DNA of 64,000 nt from Rickettsiales bacterium (GTDB taxonomy: Bacteria > Pseudomonadota > Alphaproteobacteria > Rickettsiales > UBA3002). Each line of letters begins with the position of its first letter. The first letter of the stretch is position 1. The notes under the pieces are model-generated. The model saw nothing but the letters and a program-made list of their open reading frames with translations. It had not been told where the DNA came from and searched no databases. Position numbers and translations under genes: made by a program. Where the stretch lies: assembly GCA_028281385.1 (NCBI GenBank), contig JANQJY010000004.1:8141-72140 (forward strand), read 5' to 3'. Of this stretch, positions 9,022 to 17,352 are shown piece by piece.

Positions 9022-10392
9022 TTATTGGTAATGTGGGAAGAGGATTTCGATGCGCAGACCGGGAGTATTGTTACTTAAGCTAATCGTCCCTTTATGGAGC
9101 TCCAGCGCTGCCTTGGCCAGACTTAACCCCAACCCGCTGCCTTCCGTATGGCGGCTTTTATCCGAACGATAAAAGCGTTCAAAAACCTTTTCCTTCTCTT
9201 CTTCCGCAATACCGATTCCTCTGTCAGAGATAGTAATGCGCAGGTTCCCTTTTATCTGATCGAGTGTGATAGTGACCGGGCTTCCCTCAGGTGAAAATTT
9301 AATCGCATTATCCAGAAGATTGGCGAAAAGCTGAAAGAGCAGGTCTCTGTCCCCCGAAATGTGCGGGCATTCCTTATACGCGGTTTCTATGGCAATCTGT
9401 TTCTCTTCAGCCAGCGGTTCATAGAGTTCTACCACATCCTGCAATACTATCTGTAGATCTACCTCCTCAAACGCCTGATGCCGCTTTCCTTTTTCAATAT
9501 TGGAAATACGCAGCAAGGCATTAAAGGTCGCCAGCAGATGATCCGCTTCCATTAACAAGGCATCGACAGCTTTCTGATCCAGCGGTTTTTCTCTTGCTGC
9601 TTCGAGTTGATTACGTAGTCGGGTGAGCGGGGTACGCAGATCGTGTGCGATGCTGTCGCTGACATCCCGGATACCCTGCATTAACGATTCGACACGTCCA
9701 AGCAGCGCATTTAACGTATGCGCTAGGTTGCTTAGATCGTCCCAATTGGTATCGACAGAGATTCTCTGGGATAAATCGCCGGTATCCATAATCTGCTGTG
9801 CCGTATTGGCAATGGTGTTAATACGCCCGACGACGAACACGCTGATAAAAAAGCTTACCAGAACGACAATCAACATAAACAGTATGATGAGAATGGAGAA
9901 CAGCTTCAGCCGTTCATACGTCCGGGTAATGTCATGAATGTCACGGGCGATGAGCAGGCTGGAGCCATCCGAAAAAGTATGGATTTTTGAGGCAACCGCT
10001 CGCTTCCGGTTATTCTTCTCTATCGTGAACTGCAGTACCCCTTCCTTGATACGTTCGACGTTGGCGGGAATCCTTTCAATGTTGCCGGCCAGTTTCCTGC
10101 CATCCGTGGTGCGGTAAAAATAAAGGGGATAATCTGATTTTTTTGACCGTTCCTGAATATGTTCTATCAGATTTTGCTGGTGATCCCCTCCCATCAGAGC
10201 CAGCATATGATCCATTTCATTATCGATGGCCGCTTCTGTTTCACGGATAAAATTCGCCCGGCTGAAATCATAGAGAAAATAACCGAGCAGCAACGCGGCT
10301 GTTCCCAGAAGCAGCGTGAACAACGCGGCCATCTTGAAGCTGGAGCTGCGGGTATAGCGCCGAGGCTTATTCTTCAATAATATATCCTGCAC
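9022..10392 (-). CDS. two-component sensor histidine kinase (2 TM, HAMP, HisKA, HATPase)
   Basis: H-box IAHDLRTPLT, N-box LLDNAIKFS, G-boxes DRGIGI and GSGLGLS. The start may be at the internal Met21 (10332), because 10392 overlaps the RR gene by 26 nt. Confidence 0.85.
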   Translation of the reverse strand: MQDILLKNKPRRYTRSSSFKMAALFTLLLGTAALLLGYFLYDFSRANFIRETEAAIDNEMDHMLALMGGDHQQNLIEHIQERSKKSDYPLYFYRTTDGRKLAGNIERIPANVERIKEGVLQFTIEKNNRKRAVASKIHTFSDGSSLLIARDIHDITRTYERLKLFSILIILFMLIVVLVSFFISVFVVGRINTIANTAQQIMDTGDLSQRISVDTNWDDLSNLAHTLNALLGRVESLMQGIRDVSDSIAHDLRTPLTRLRNQLEAAREKPLDQKAVDALLMEADHLLATFNALLRISNIEKGKRHQAFEEVDLQIVLQDVVELYEPLAEEKQIAIETAYKECPHISGDRDLLFQLFANLLDNAIKFSPEGSPVTITLDQIKGNLRITISDRGIGIAEEEKEKVFERFYRSDKSRHTEGSGLGLSLAKAALELHKGTISLSNNTPGLRIEILFPHYQ

Positions 10393-11041
10393 CGCGTACC
10401 GTCTTAATCAATTTGCCTTCCCGGTCTCCGATCTTCTTTCGCAGACGGCTGATGTGCACATCAATGACATTCGTTTGCGGATCGAAATGGTAATCCCACA
10501 CCGCTTCAAGCAGCATGGTGCGGGTAACCACCTGTCCCTTATGTCTGAGCAAATATTCCAGGAGATTAAATTCCCTTGCCTGCAAATCAATGAGCGTACC
10601 CTGACGGGTTATCTTCCGTGACAGTAAATCCATTTCCAGGCCTGCTGCACAAAGCGTGGTCAGCTGAGAAGAGGGTGTCTGTATGCTGCGTCTTCCTAAC
10701 ACCTCTACCCGCGCCAGCAGTTCGGCAAATGCAAAAGGTTTGACCAGATAGTCATCACCTCCGGCACGCAGCCCTTTTACCTTGTCATCCACATCACCAA
10801 GCGCACTCAGGATAAGCACTGGGACGGGATTATCCGCACCCCGGATCGTCTTTAAGATAGTAAGGCCATCTACTTCCGGAAGCATTCGGTCAACGATCAG
10901 CACGTCATAACGCTCGGTGGTTGCCAGGAACAGCCCTTCTTTTCCGTCTTCCGCCACATCAACCCCATGCCCGGATTCCTGCAGCCCTTTTGCCACATAA
11001 TTCCTCACTTGGCTGTCATCTTCGATAAGCAGTATTTTCAT
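10367..11041 (-). CDS. OmpR-family response regulator
   Basis: REC domain (KILLIEDD..., DVLIVDRMLPEVDG, KPF) plus a winged-helix trans_reg_C domain (LLRHKGQVVTRTMLLEAVW...VHISRLRKKI). Confidence 0.9.
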   Translation of the reverse strand: MKILLIEDDSQVRNYVAKGLQESGHGVDVAEDGKEGLFLATTERYDVLIVDRMLPEVDGLTILKTIRGADNPVPVLILSALGDVDDKVKGLRAGGDDYLVKPFAFAELLARVEVLGRRSIQTPSSQLTTLCAAGLEMDLLSRKITRQGTLIDLQAREFNLLEYLLRHKGQVVTRTMLLEAVWDYHFDPQTNVIDVHISRLRKKIGDREGKLIKTVRGAGYIIEE

Positions 11042-11212
11042 CTGATCTATTCTACGTTAAAGCTAAGATATACGTCTTATAGCTGTATTATTATCAAATG
11101 TCAGTTGTTTATACTGAGCATTTTCTCCACTTCCCTTCCGCTGTTTCGGCCAACTTGGTGATTGAATCCAGTTCTGCTGGCCTCTCTTGTTATCCTTTGC
11201 TATACCCCACGC

Positions 11213-13018
11213 ATGACAACCGACATCACGAACATCCGTAATTTCTCGATCATTGCACATATCGACCACGGCAAGAGCACACTGGCGGACCGGCTGATCC
11301 AGCAATGTGGAGCGGTTGAGGAGCGTGAGCTGGGCGAGCAGATGCTCGATAATATGGAGCTAGAGCGCGAGCGCGGCATTACCATCAAATCGCAGACGGT
11401 ACGGCTGGAATACAAAGCCAAAGACGGGCAAACTTACATTCTTAATCTGATGGATACGCCGGGCCATGTCGATTTTACCTATGAGGTCAGCCGTTGTCTG
11501 TCGGCCTGTGAAGGTGCGCTGCTGGTGGTCGATGCGGCGCAGGGTGTGGAGGCGCAGACGCTGGCCAATGTCTATCAGGCAATCGAGCAGGATCTCGAGA
11601 TCATTCCGGTACTCAACAAGATCGATCTGCCGGCGGCCGAGCCAGATCGGGTAAAAGAGCAGATCGAGGATGTGATCGGCATTGATGCGAGTGATGCGTT
11701 AATGGTCTCGGCCAAAACCGGACTGGGCATTGAAGAGCTGCTCAAAGCGATTGTCCAACGCCTGCCGGCACCCAAGTCACCGGAGCAGGACCCGCTCAAA
11801 GCGCTGCTCATCGATAGCTGGTATGATACCTATCTCGGTGTCATTATTCTGGTGCGGGTGTATGAGGGCGAACTGCAGAAGGGCCGGAAAATCCGCTTTA
11901 TGAATGCGGGTGTGACGCAGGACGTCAATCAGGTCGGGGTGTTTACGCCGAAGACGCAAGAAGTGGCGTCGCTGGGACCGGGCGAGGTCGGCTATATCAT
12001 CACTGGCATCAAACAGGTGGCCGATACCAAGGTCGGCGATACGATCACGGAAGAGAAAAATCAAACGCCGGAGCCGCTGCCGGGATTCAAACCGGTGCAG
12101 CCGGTGGTGTTCTGCGGCATCTACCCGACCGATAACGGCCAGTATGATCATCTGCGCGATTCGCTGTCGAAGCTGCATCTGAACGATGCGAGTTTTCTCT
12201 ATGAACCGGAAAGTTCTACTGCTTTGGGGCTGGGTTTTCGTTGCGGTTTTCTCGGGCTGTTGCATCTGGAGATTATTCAGGAGCGTCTGGAGCGCGAATA
12301 TGACGTTGATCTGATTACCACGGCGCCGAGCGTGAGCTATCAGCTGACCATGACCGATGGGGCCGAAATGGAACTGCATAATCCGACCGACTACCCTGAT
12401 CCGGTCAAGGTGGCGGAGATTCGTGAGCCGTGGATTCGCGCCACCATCATGGTGCCCGATGATTATCTGGGCAATGTCCTGTCGCTTTGTACCGAAAAGC
12501 GCGGGGTGCAGGAGAACCTTACCTATGTCGGCAGCCGGGCGATGGCGGTCTACAGGTTGCCGCTCAATGAAGTGGTGTTTGATTTTTACGACCGGTTGAA
12601 AAGCTGCTCGAAAGGCTATGCATCGTTTGATTATGAGATGGCTGGCTATGAGGTGGGCGATCTGGTCAAGCTGTCGATCTTGGTCAATGGTGAGCCGGTC
12701 GATGCGCTGGCGCTGATGGTGCACCGTTCTCAGGCCGAGCAGCGAGGCCGGGCGCTGTGTGCGAAGTTGAAAGATTTGATCCCCAAACATCTGTTCAAAA
12801 TTCCGATTCAGGCGGCAATCGGCGGCAAGATCATCGCGCGCGAGACGATTTCGGCGATGCGCAAGGACGTGACCGCGAAATGTTATGGTGGTGATATTAC
12901 CCGAAAACGCAAACTGCTGGAGAAGCAGAAGAAGGGTAAGAAAAAGATGCGCTCGATCGGCAATGTCGACATTCCGCAAAGCGCGTTTATTGCTGCGCTC
13001 AAAATGGGTGATGAGTAA
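11213..13018 (+). CDS. lepA: elongation factor 4 (LepA)
   Basis: [30 protein letters not shown]..., [13 protein letters not shown], and C-terminal [40 protein letters not shown]. Collinear with E. coli LepA over its full length. Start moved to ATG 11213; the track used an upstream TTG. Confidence 0.97.
   Translation: MTTDITNIRNFSIIAHIDHGKSTLADRLIQQCGAVEERELGEQMLDNMELERERGITIKSQTVRLEYKAKDGQTYILNLMDTPGHVDFTYEVSRCLSACEGALLVVDAAQGVEAQTLANVYQAIEQDLEIIPVLNKIDLPAAEPDRVKEQIEDVIGIDASDALMVSAKTGLGIEELLKAIVQRLPAPKSPEQDPLKALLIDSWYDTYLGVIILVRVYEGELQKGRKIRFMNAGVTQDVNQVGVFTPKTQEVASLGPGEVGYIITGIKQVADTKVGDTITEEKNQTPEPLPGFKPVQPVVFCGIYPTDNGQYDHLRDSLSKLHLNDASFLYEPESSTALGLGFRCGFLGLLHLEIIQERLEREYDVDLITTAPSVSYQLTMTDGAEMELHNPTDYPDPVKVAEIREPWIRATIMVPDDYLGNVLSLCTEKRGVQENLTYVGSRAMAVYRLPLNEVVFDFYDRLKSCSKGYASFDYEMAGYEVGDLVKLSILVNGEPVDALALMVHRSQAEQRGRALCAKLKDLIPKHLFKIPIQAAIGGKIIARETISAMRKDVTAKCYGGDITRKRKLLEKQKKGKKKMRSIGNVDIPQSAFIAALKMGDE
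12960..13016 (+). repeat. copy A of a 57-bp direct repeat (the live 3' end of lepA)
   Basis: GCAATGTCGACATTCCGCAAAGCGCGTTTATTGCTGCGCTCAAAATGGGTGATGAGT. It recurs at 14037 and 15117 in the same orientation. Confidence 0.9.
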
Positions 13019-13051
13019 ATCATATAAACTGTCTGTAGGGTACTTAGCTTG

Positions 13052-13813
13052 CTACGGCACCAGTTCCCAATAGAGTCCACAATGATTGACAGTCTCTGTT
13101 AGGTTATATTCCAACCCCGTGCCGGTCGTACAATCCACTGCTGTACCAAGTCCATGTGCGATGACCTTGCCGCTGGCGGGCAAACCGTCATCTTTTTTCG
13201 TATCCATATTCCACGCTTCTTCCGGAGTAAATACACCTAGATTGTCGTTAAATCCGCTACTCACATTAAATATGTGTGGTTGTGCGATTGTCATCGCCAG
13301 ATAGATCGATGAGGTTAGCACTTCATGTGCGTTGGGGATAGCGCCATTGCCGCTAGCCGAATTATGCCATGGTCCGGACACAAACATCCCTTTGCTTTCT
13401 GCTGCGGGTACGCGTGGATAGCCTTGTCCTAAAATGGCGGTGCCATCATAATTACCCCCCAACAACCCAGCCTGGTTCAGCTGAATAAAAAATTGCGGAC
13501 GTTCGCCATCAAAATACCAATTGTCTGGGGTTGTAAAACTACCTCCATGTGCTCCACCAATCACTTGAATTGTGCCATCGCCATTGCCATCGAGTGCGGT
13601 GGGCCAGAAATTACTGGCGTTTCGTAAATCGCCGGGCCAGCCGAAATAGCGGTCACGAAACGTATGCATGGCGGCGATATAGGTTTCTGGTGTTGTAATT
13701 GTTTTGCGCAACTCCGCATTACGTATGAGGTTTTGCCCGGTGAGAATGCCGCCGGTCAGCAAACCGAGGATCACCAGAACAATACTTAATTCAACTAACG
13801 AAAAACCACGCAT
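13052..13813 (-). CDS. prepilin-type N-terminal cleavage/methylation domain protein (type IV pilin / pseudopilin-like), 253 aa
   Basis: MRG|FSLVELSIVLVILGLLTGGILTG is a class III signal with Glu+5. C-terminal Cys pair DCTTGTGLEYNLTETVNHCGLYW (pilin D-region-like loop). Start set at the Met preceded by GGGAGA. Confidence 0.85.
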   Translation of the reverse strand: MRGFSLVELSIVLVILGLLTGGILTGQNLIRNAELRKTITTPETYIAAMHTFRDRYFGWPGDLRNASNFWPTALDGNGDGTIQVIGGAHGGSFTTPDNWYFDGERPQFFIQLNQAGLLGGNYDGTAILGQGYPRVPAAESKGMFVSGPWHNSASGNGAIPNAHEVLTSSIYLAMTIAQPHIFNVSSGFNDNLGVFTPEEAWNMDTKKDDGLPASGKVIAHGLGTAVDCTTGTGLEYNLTETVNHCGLYWELVP

Positions 13814-13990
13814 GATACTTCTCCCTTCGCTGGTGGACGGGGAGTTCATAAACCTTCAAACAGAGAGGTCCCGCTGGTCTTTAGGCAAGCCCTGGACATG
13901 CACCAACGGCTCCCCGACCATGGGAAGATCGAGGAGTATGAATAACGGTCATACCAACCGCTGTTTGAAGGGGTTATGACGCCCCGCGAT
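13814..13990 (-). ncRNA. candidate structured 5' leader (cis-regulatory RNA) of pilin-like gene 1
   Basis: 11-bp closing helix (plus coordinates 13853..13863 with 13961..13971) enclosing three conserved helices. The invariant 3' tail GAACUCCCCGUCCACCA can pair with the SD GGGAGA. Covariation with copy 2 (see findings). Confidence 0.5.
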
Positions 13991-14036
13991 AATCATAATC
14001 ACCGCAACATTATTCTAACAAACTCATGATAAAGAA

Positions 14037-14093
14037 GCAATGTCGATATTCCGCAAAGCGCGTTTATTGCTGCGCTCAAGATGAGTGATGAGT
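14037..14093 (+). repeat. copy A' of the lepA 3'-end repeat (3 mismatches to A)
   Basis: GCAATGTCGATATTCCGCAAAGCGCGTTTATTGCTGCGCTCAAGATGAGTGATGAGT. It reads [19 protein letters not shown] in the lepA frame. Confidence 0.9.
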
Positions 14094-14137
14094 CGTGAGA
14101 TTTACACGGCGTGCTGTAAAGAAGGCGCCACTATGAT

Positions 14138-14899
14138 TTACGGTACAAGTTCCCAATATAATCCGCAATGTTCAATGGTTTCCGTCAGATTATATTCTAA
14201 GCCCGTAGCGATGGTACAGTCTTCGGCACCACCCAGACTACCATGCGCAACGACTTTGCCACTGGCGGGCAAACCATCATCCTTCTTGACATCCATATTC
14301 CAGGCCTCTTCAGGTAAAAACAGACCGTATGTATCGTTAAACAAGCCATTAACATTAAACCAAGCGGGTTGTGCAATCGTCATCGCCAGATAGATGGACG
14401 CAGATAGGGAGCTTACTGCATCGGGAATGGCTCCATTTCCTCCGGTGTCGGGATACCACTTCCCGGTAACAAACATGCCTTTACCGGAAGCAGCCGGCAC
14501 ACGGGGGTAGCCCTGTCCCAATACCGCAGAACCGTCATAACTGCCTTCCAGCAACCCGGCCAGATTCAGCTGAATGAAAAATTGCGGGCGTTCTCCATCA
14601 AAAAATGGATTGTCAGGCAACGTATAAGAAGTAGCATATACACTAGCCGCTTCGATCTGCCCATCACCATCGCCGTCCACTGCTGTCGGCCAGAAGTCGC
14701 TGGCATTGCGTAAATCACCTGGCCAACCGAAATATTGATCACGAAAAATATGCATGGCCGAGATATATTCCTCTGCCACTGTCATGGTTTTACGCAACTC
14801 TGCTGCGCGGATAAGATTCTGGCCGGTTAAAATCCCACCCGTCAACAAGCCAAGAATAACCAATACAATACTTAATTCGACTAATGAAAAACCACGCAT
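14138..14899 (-). CDS. prepilin-type N-terminal cleavage/methylation domain protein, paralog 2, 253 aa
   Basis: MRG|FSLVELSIVLVILGLLTGGILTG is identical to paralog 1. Roughly 70 percent identity overall by eye. Same C-terminal DCT...HCGLYWELVP. Confidence 0.85.
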   Translation of the reverse strand: MRGFSLVELSIVLVILGLLTGGILTGQNLIRAAELRKTMTVAEEYISAMHIFRDQYFGWPGDLRNASDFWPTAVDGDGDGQIEAASVYATSYTLPDNPFFDGERPQFFIQLNLAGLLEGSYDGSAVLGQGYPRVPAASGKGMFVTGKWYPDTGGNGAIPDAVSSLSASIYLAMTIAQPAWFNVNGLFNDTYGLFLPEEAWNMDVKKDDGLPASGKVVAHGSLGGAEDCTIATGLEYNLTETIEHCGLYWELVP

Positions 14900-15072
14900 A
14901 ATCAATCTCCCTCAGTTGGTGGACGGGGAGTTCGAAAAACCTACTCTAAGAAAGGTCTCCGCAGGCCTTTGGGTAACACCTTGGACATACGCCAGCGGCT
15001 CCCCGGCCATAAGGTCGAGGAGTATGAATGACGGTCATACGAACCGCTTAGAGTAAAGGATTTCGACACCCC
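14900..15072 (-). ncRNA. candidate structured 5' leader of pilin-like gene 2
   Basis: Same helices as copy 1 with compensatory changes. Closing helix UACUCUAAG/CUUAGAGUA (plus coordinates 15047..15055 with 14942..14950). Confidence 0.5.
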
Positions 15073-15116
15073 AGGATTTACATCCTGTTGTAGCATAGCA
15101 AGTTCAGGGCGCAAAA

Positions 15117-15173
15117 GCAATGTCGACATTCCGCAAAGTGCGTTCATCGCCGCGCTCAAGATGAGTGATGAGT
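15117..15173 (+). repeat. copy A'' of the lepA 3'-end repeat (6 mismatches to A), followed in frame by a stop
   Basis: GCAATGTCGACATTCCGCAAAGTGCGTTCATCGCCGCGCTCAAGATGAGTGATGAGT+AA encodes [18 protein letters not shown]-stop. Four of the six differences from A are synonymous third-position changes. Confidence 0.9.
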
Positions 15174-15270
15174 AAGCTATTTCATTTTAACTTCACTGAA
15201 TTGTCATATGGTTGACTGATTTCTTAGGCTATAATTCCGTCATCCTTAACGTTTATGAAAGGGATGTAAC

Positions 15271-16071
15271 GTGGCAGAGAAAAAAGGTGGGGAACGGCCC
15301 TATACAGGACGACCTGGCTCCTTCCCGGGTGGAGGAAATGGGAGCGGAAGAGGCGGGCGTAAAACGCCCTATGGAACTGGTCCCGGACCCGGCCGTTCCG
15401 CCCACCCTCAAGGGGGAAGAGAAGATCCTAATATAGTGCAACAAAAAATTGGAAAATTAAAAGCTTCGGGCCGTCATGAGGGAAGTGCACCAAGACGGGT
15501 GGGTAGTGGGCCACAAGAGAAAAAAGAACGTCCCAAAGTAGACGCTCTGTTGATGCGGGATGTGGCTGACAGTTATATCGATTGGGTGATTGCACAAATG
15601 GTATCGGAGGATAGGACTGTGCACGATAGATATGAAGCCAGTTATGAAGGGGCAAAACAAACTCTTAAAGAAGCGGCATTGGCGTCTAAAACTGTTTTTG
15701 CAGGGGACCATAAAGCGTTTCTAGAACTACTTTCTGAAGAAGGATTTGCAGCAGGTATTGAGGCGGCTGCCAGCGAGCATGTAGACAGGCTGCAGGAATG
15801 GGATGAATATTTTAGTCAATCTGTCAATGCAAGCATTCAGGCGATGATTGGCGAGGGTGATATGTTAAGGTTCGTAAAAGGAAAAATGAGAGACATAGGG
15901 GACATATCATCGCCATCCAATGAAACAGTTAAAGCTATTGCTGGTAACGTGCGGTCAAAGTTGGAGGGAGTGGCGACCTCCCATCATGTCATGGCGGCCG
16001 GTGTATCGGAGGAGATATTGCCCAGGCTGTTGAAGGTGATAAGTAATAAGGGTCCCCAACAAAATAGATAA
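15271..16071 (+). CDS. hypothetical protein with Gly/Pro/Arg-rich disordered N-terminus
   Basis: 266-aa ORF with a GTG start 7 nt after AAAGGGA. The first ~95 residues are low complexity (GGERPYTGRPGSFPGGGNGSGRGGRKTPYGTGPGPGR). No motif recognised. Confidence 0.5.
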   Translation: MAEKKGGERPYTGRPGSFPGGGNGSGRGGRKTPYGTGPGPGRSAHPQGGREDPNIVQQKIGKLKASGRHEGSAPRRVGSGPQEKKERPKVDALLMRDVADSYIDWVIAQMVSEDRTVHDRYEASYEGAKQTLKEAALASKTVFAGDHKAFLELLSEEGFAAGIEAAASEHVDRLQEWDEYFSQSVNASIQAMIGEGDMLRFVKGKMRDIGDISSPSNETVKAIAGNVRSKLEGVATSHHVMAAGVSEEILPRLLKVISNKGPQQNR

Positions 16072-16123
16072 AATCCTTAAGAAATTAACTTTTTCGTAAC
16101 CTTCTCTTGCTACGCTTGGTGGC

Positions 16124-17092
16124 ATGAACTGGCAAGCGAGCAATAATCTGTTGGATACACTGGGCATTCTGCCGCCGGTGCAATGGTGCTTTAAGGGATT
16201 GAATCCGGACGGTACGCGCAACGAACTGCTCCTGCGGCGTGTGAAGCAGGGGAATGAAGCGGAAGTCGAGGAAAAAGACCACACCGAATTTGAGACGCAT
16301 TATAAGGGTAAATTCAGCCATGCGGCGTCATTGTGCGAGCATATTCATGATCGCTATGCCGAACGGGTGCTGGGAGAATGGGGCGAAGGCGTGACATACA
16401 GCCTGCTGGAGCAGATGGTCGAGGTTGCCAGACATCAGGCTGCATTATTGGAATTATTTATTCCCAAAGGAAAAATCGAAATCTATGCGCCAGAATTCCG
16501 CTATTTTCAGCCGCAATATATCGCGGCGAACTATACGCTGAAACTCCATGCCGATGATATGCTGAAGCATAAGAGAGGGAATCTGTTTTCCCGATTGATT
16601 GCCCAGCATCTCGATTATCCTTACGCACCGGGCGAGCGGCGTTTTTCCACCTCTAAATTATTTGATTTGTGTTTCGCTGCAGAAAAGCTGATTGCTCCGA
16701 AAGGACTGGCGGCGCATATTGATACATCGCTGGAAAAGGCTGGCATGTATCAATCGGCACGCCATGAAACAGACGAGCTGGAACAGGTGCGCGCCCTGCT
16801 GGGCGGCGCTCCGGCATCGATTGCCAATTCCTATACACGCGTGTTGCAGCGCGAACGGTTTGCGCATCTGGTTGAAGCTTTATATACCGCATCCTCCGTA
16901 GCGAAGAAAAAGTCACCGATTCTGACGCATTACAAGCAATTGATCGAGGTGGATTTACTTTCTCACAAACAACGACAGTATAAAGATTATCCGTCAAAAA
17001 CCGTGGACGAAATGGCCGAAGCGCTCCACGTCCCACTCATGATAATTTTCGAGGCAGGCAGGCATGAACGAATTACAGACAACACTGGATAA
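16124..17092 (+). CDS. hypothetical protein
   Basis: 322-aa ORF, no recognisable motif, same strand as its neighbours. Confidence 0.5.
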   Translation: MNWQASNNLLDTLGILPPVQWCFKGLNPDGTRNELLLRRVKQGNEAEVEEKDHTEFETHYKGKFSHAASLCEHIHDRYAERVLGEWGEGVTYSLLEQMVEVARHQAALLELFIPKGKIEIYAPEFRYFQPQYIAANYTLKLHADDMLKHKRGNLFSRLIAQHLDYPYAPGERRFSTSKLFDLCFAAEKLIAPKGLAAHIDTSLEKAGMYQSARHETDELEQVRALLGGAPASIANSYTRVLQRERFAHLVEALYTASSVAKKKSPILTHYKQLIEVDLLSHKQRQYKDYPSKTVDEMAEALHVPLMIIFEAGRHERITDNTG

Positions 17093-17249
17093 GGTCGCCG
17101 AAGCACCGGGCGAGCGTACGCGCGAAATGCTGGGGCAGGATTTTGCCAAACAGCTAACAGCGCTGATTGACGACTATTCTGCCAAACTCGCGGCAGATTG
17201 CGGGGTGAATATTCATATCCATATTCATGGCGGACAGGAAAAAAACTAG
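17064..17249 (+). CDS. small hypothetical protein (61 aa)
   Basis: ORF overlapping the previous gene end by 29 nt, with GAGGCAGG upstream. Ends with a His-rich tail NIHIHIHGG. Confidence 0.35.
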   Translation: MNELQTTLDKVAEAPGERTREMLGQDFAKQLTALIDDYSAKLAADCGVNIHIHIHGGQEKN

Positions 17250-17352
17250 ATCTAACCTGAACGTTTAGCGATAGAAAAATGTCATCGAATTGTCATCCTG
17301 TGTCAATTGTCGGAGTGATATGCTGCCTCTGTCAAGGATGGGGTGAAGGATA

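Larger units (their letters stand above)
13017..14093. mobile_element. cassette 1 (1077 bp): prepilin-like gene, structured leader and lepA-end copy; putative non-autonomous integrated element
   Basis: Bounded by 57-bp repeat copies A and A'. The unit length almost equals that of cassette 2 (1080 bp). No recombinase gene inside. Confidence 0.4.
14094..15173. mobile_element. cassette 2 (1080 bp): paralogous prepilin-like gene, leader and lepA-end copy
   Basis: Same architecture as cassette 1, bounded by A' and A''. Confidence 0.4.

Noticed and set aside
11777-12979. 400-aa ORF on the minus strand
   Set aside because: It lies entirely antisense to lepA, whose identity is unambiguous. Its Arg/Leu/His-rich low-complexity translation is typical of a shadow ORF in a GC3-biased gene.
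13814-15072. Assignment of the pilin leaders to a known riboswitch class (c-di-GMP-I/GEMM, c-di-GMP-II, yybP-ykoY Mn2+, cobalamin, ykkC, ZTP, c-di-AMP)
   Set aside because: The hallmark conserved strings I recall for these classes are absent or in the wrong order. Examples are GCACAGGGCAAA/GACGCAAAGCC, GGGGAGUAG directly after P1, the GCCACUG B12 box, GGUCCGAGAG and CCGCCUGGGC. The leaders are left as an unclassified candidate pending cmsearch.
15212-15444. 74-aa (+) and 63-aa (-) ORFs overlapping the Gly/Pro/Arg-rich start of ORF 15271
   Set aside because: They are alternative-frame artefacts of a compositionally biased stretch. Only the 266-aa frame continues into ordinary protein-like sequence.
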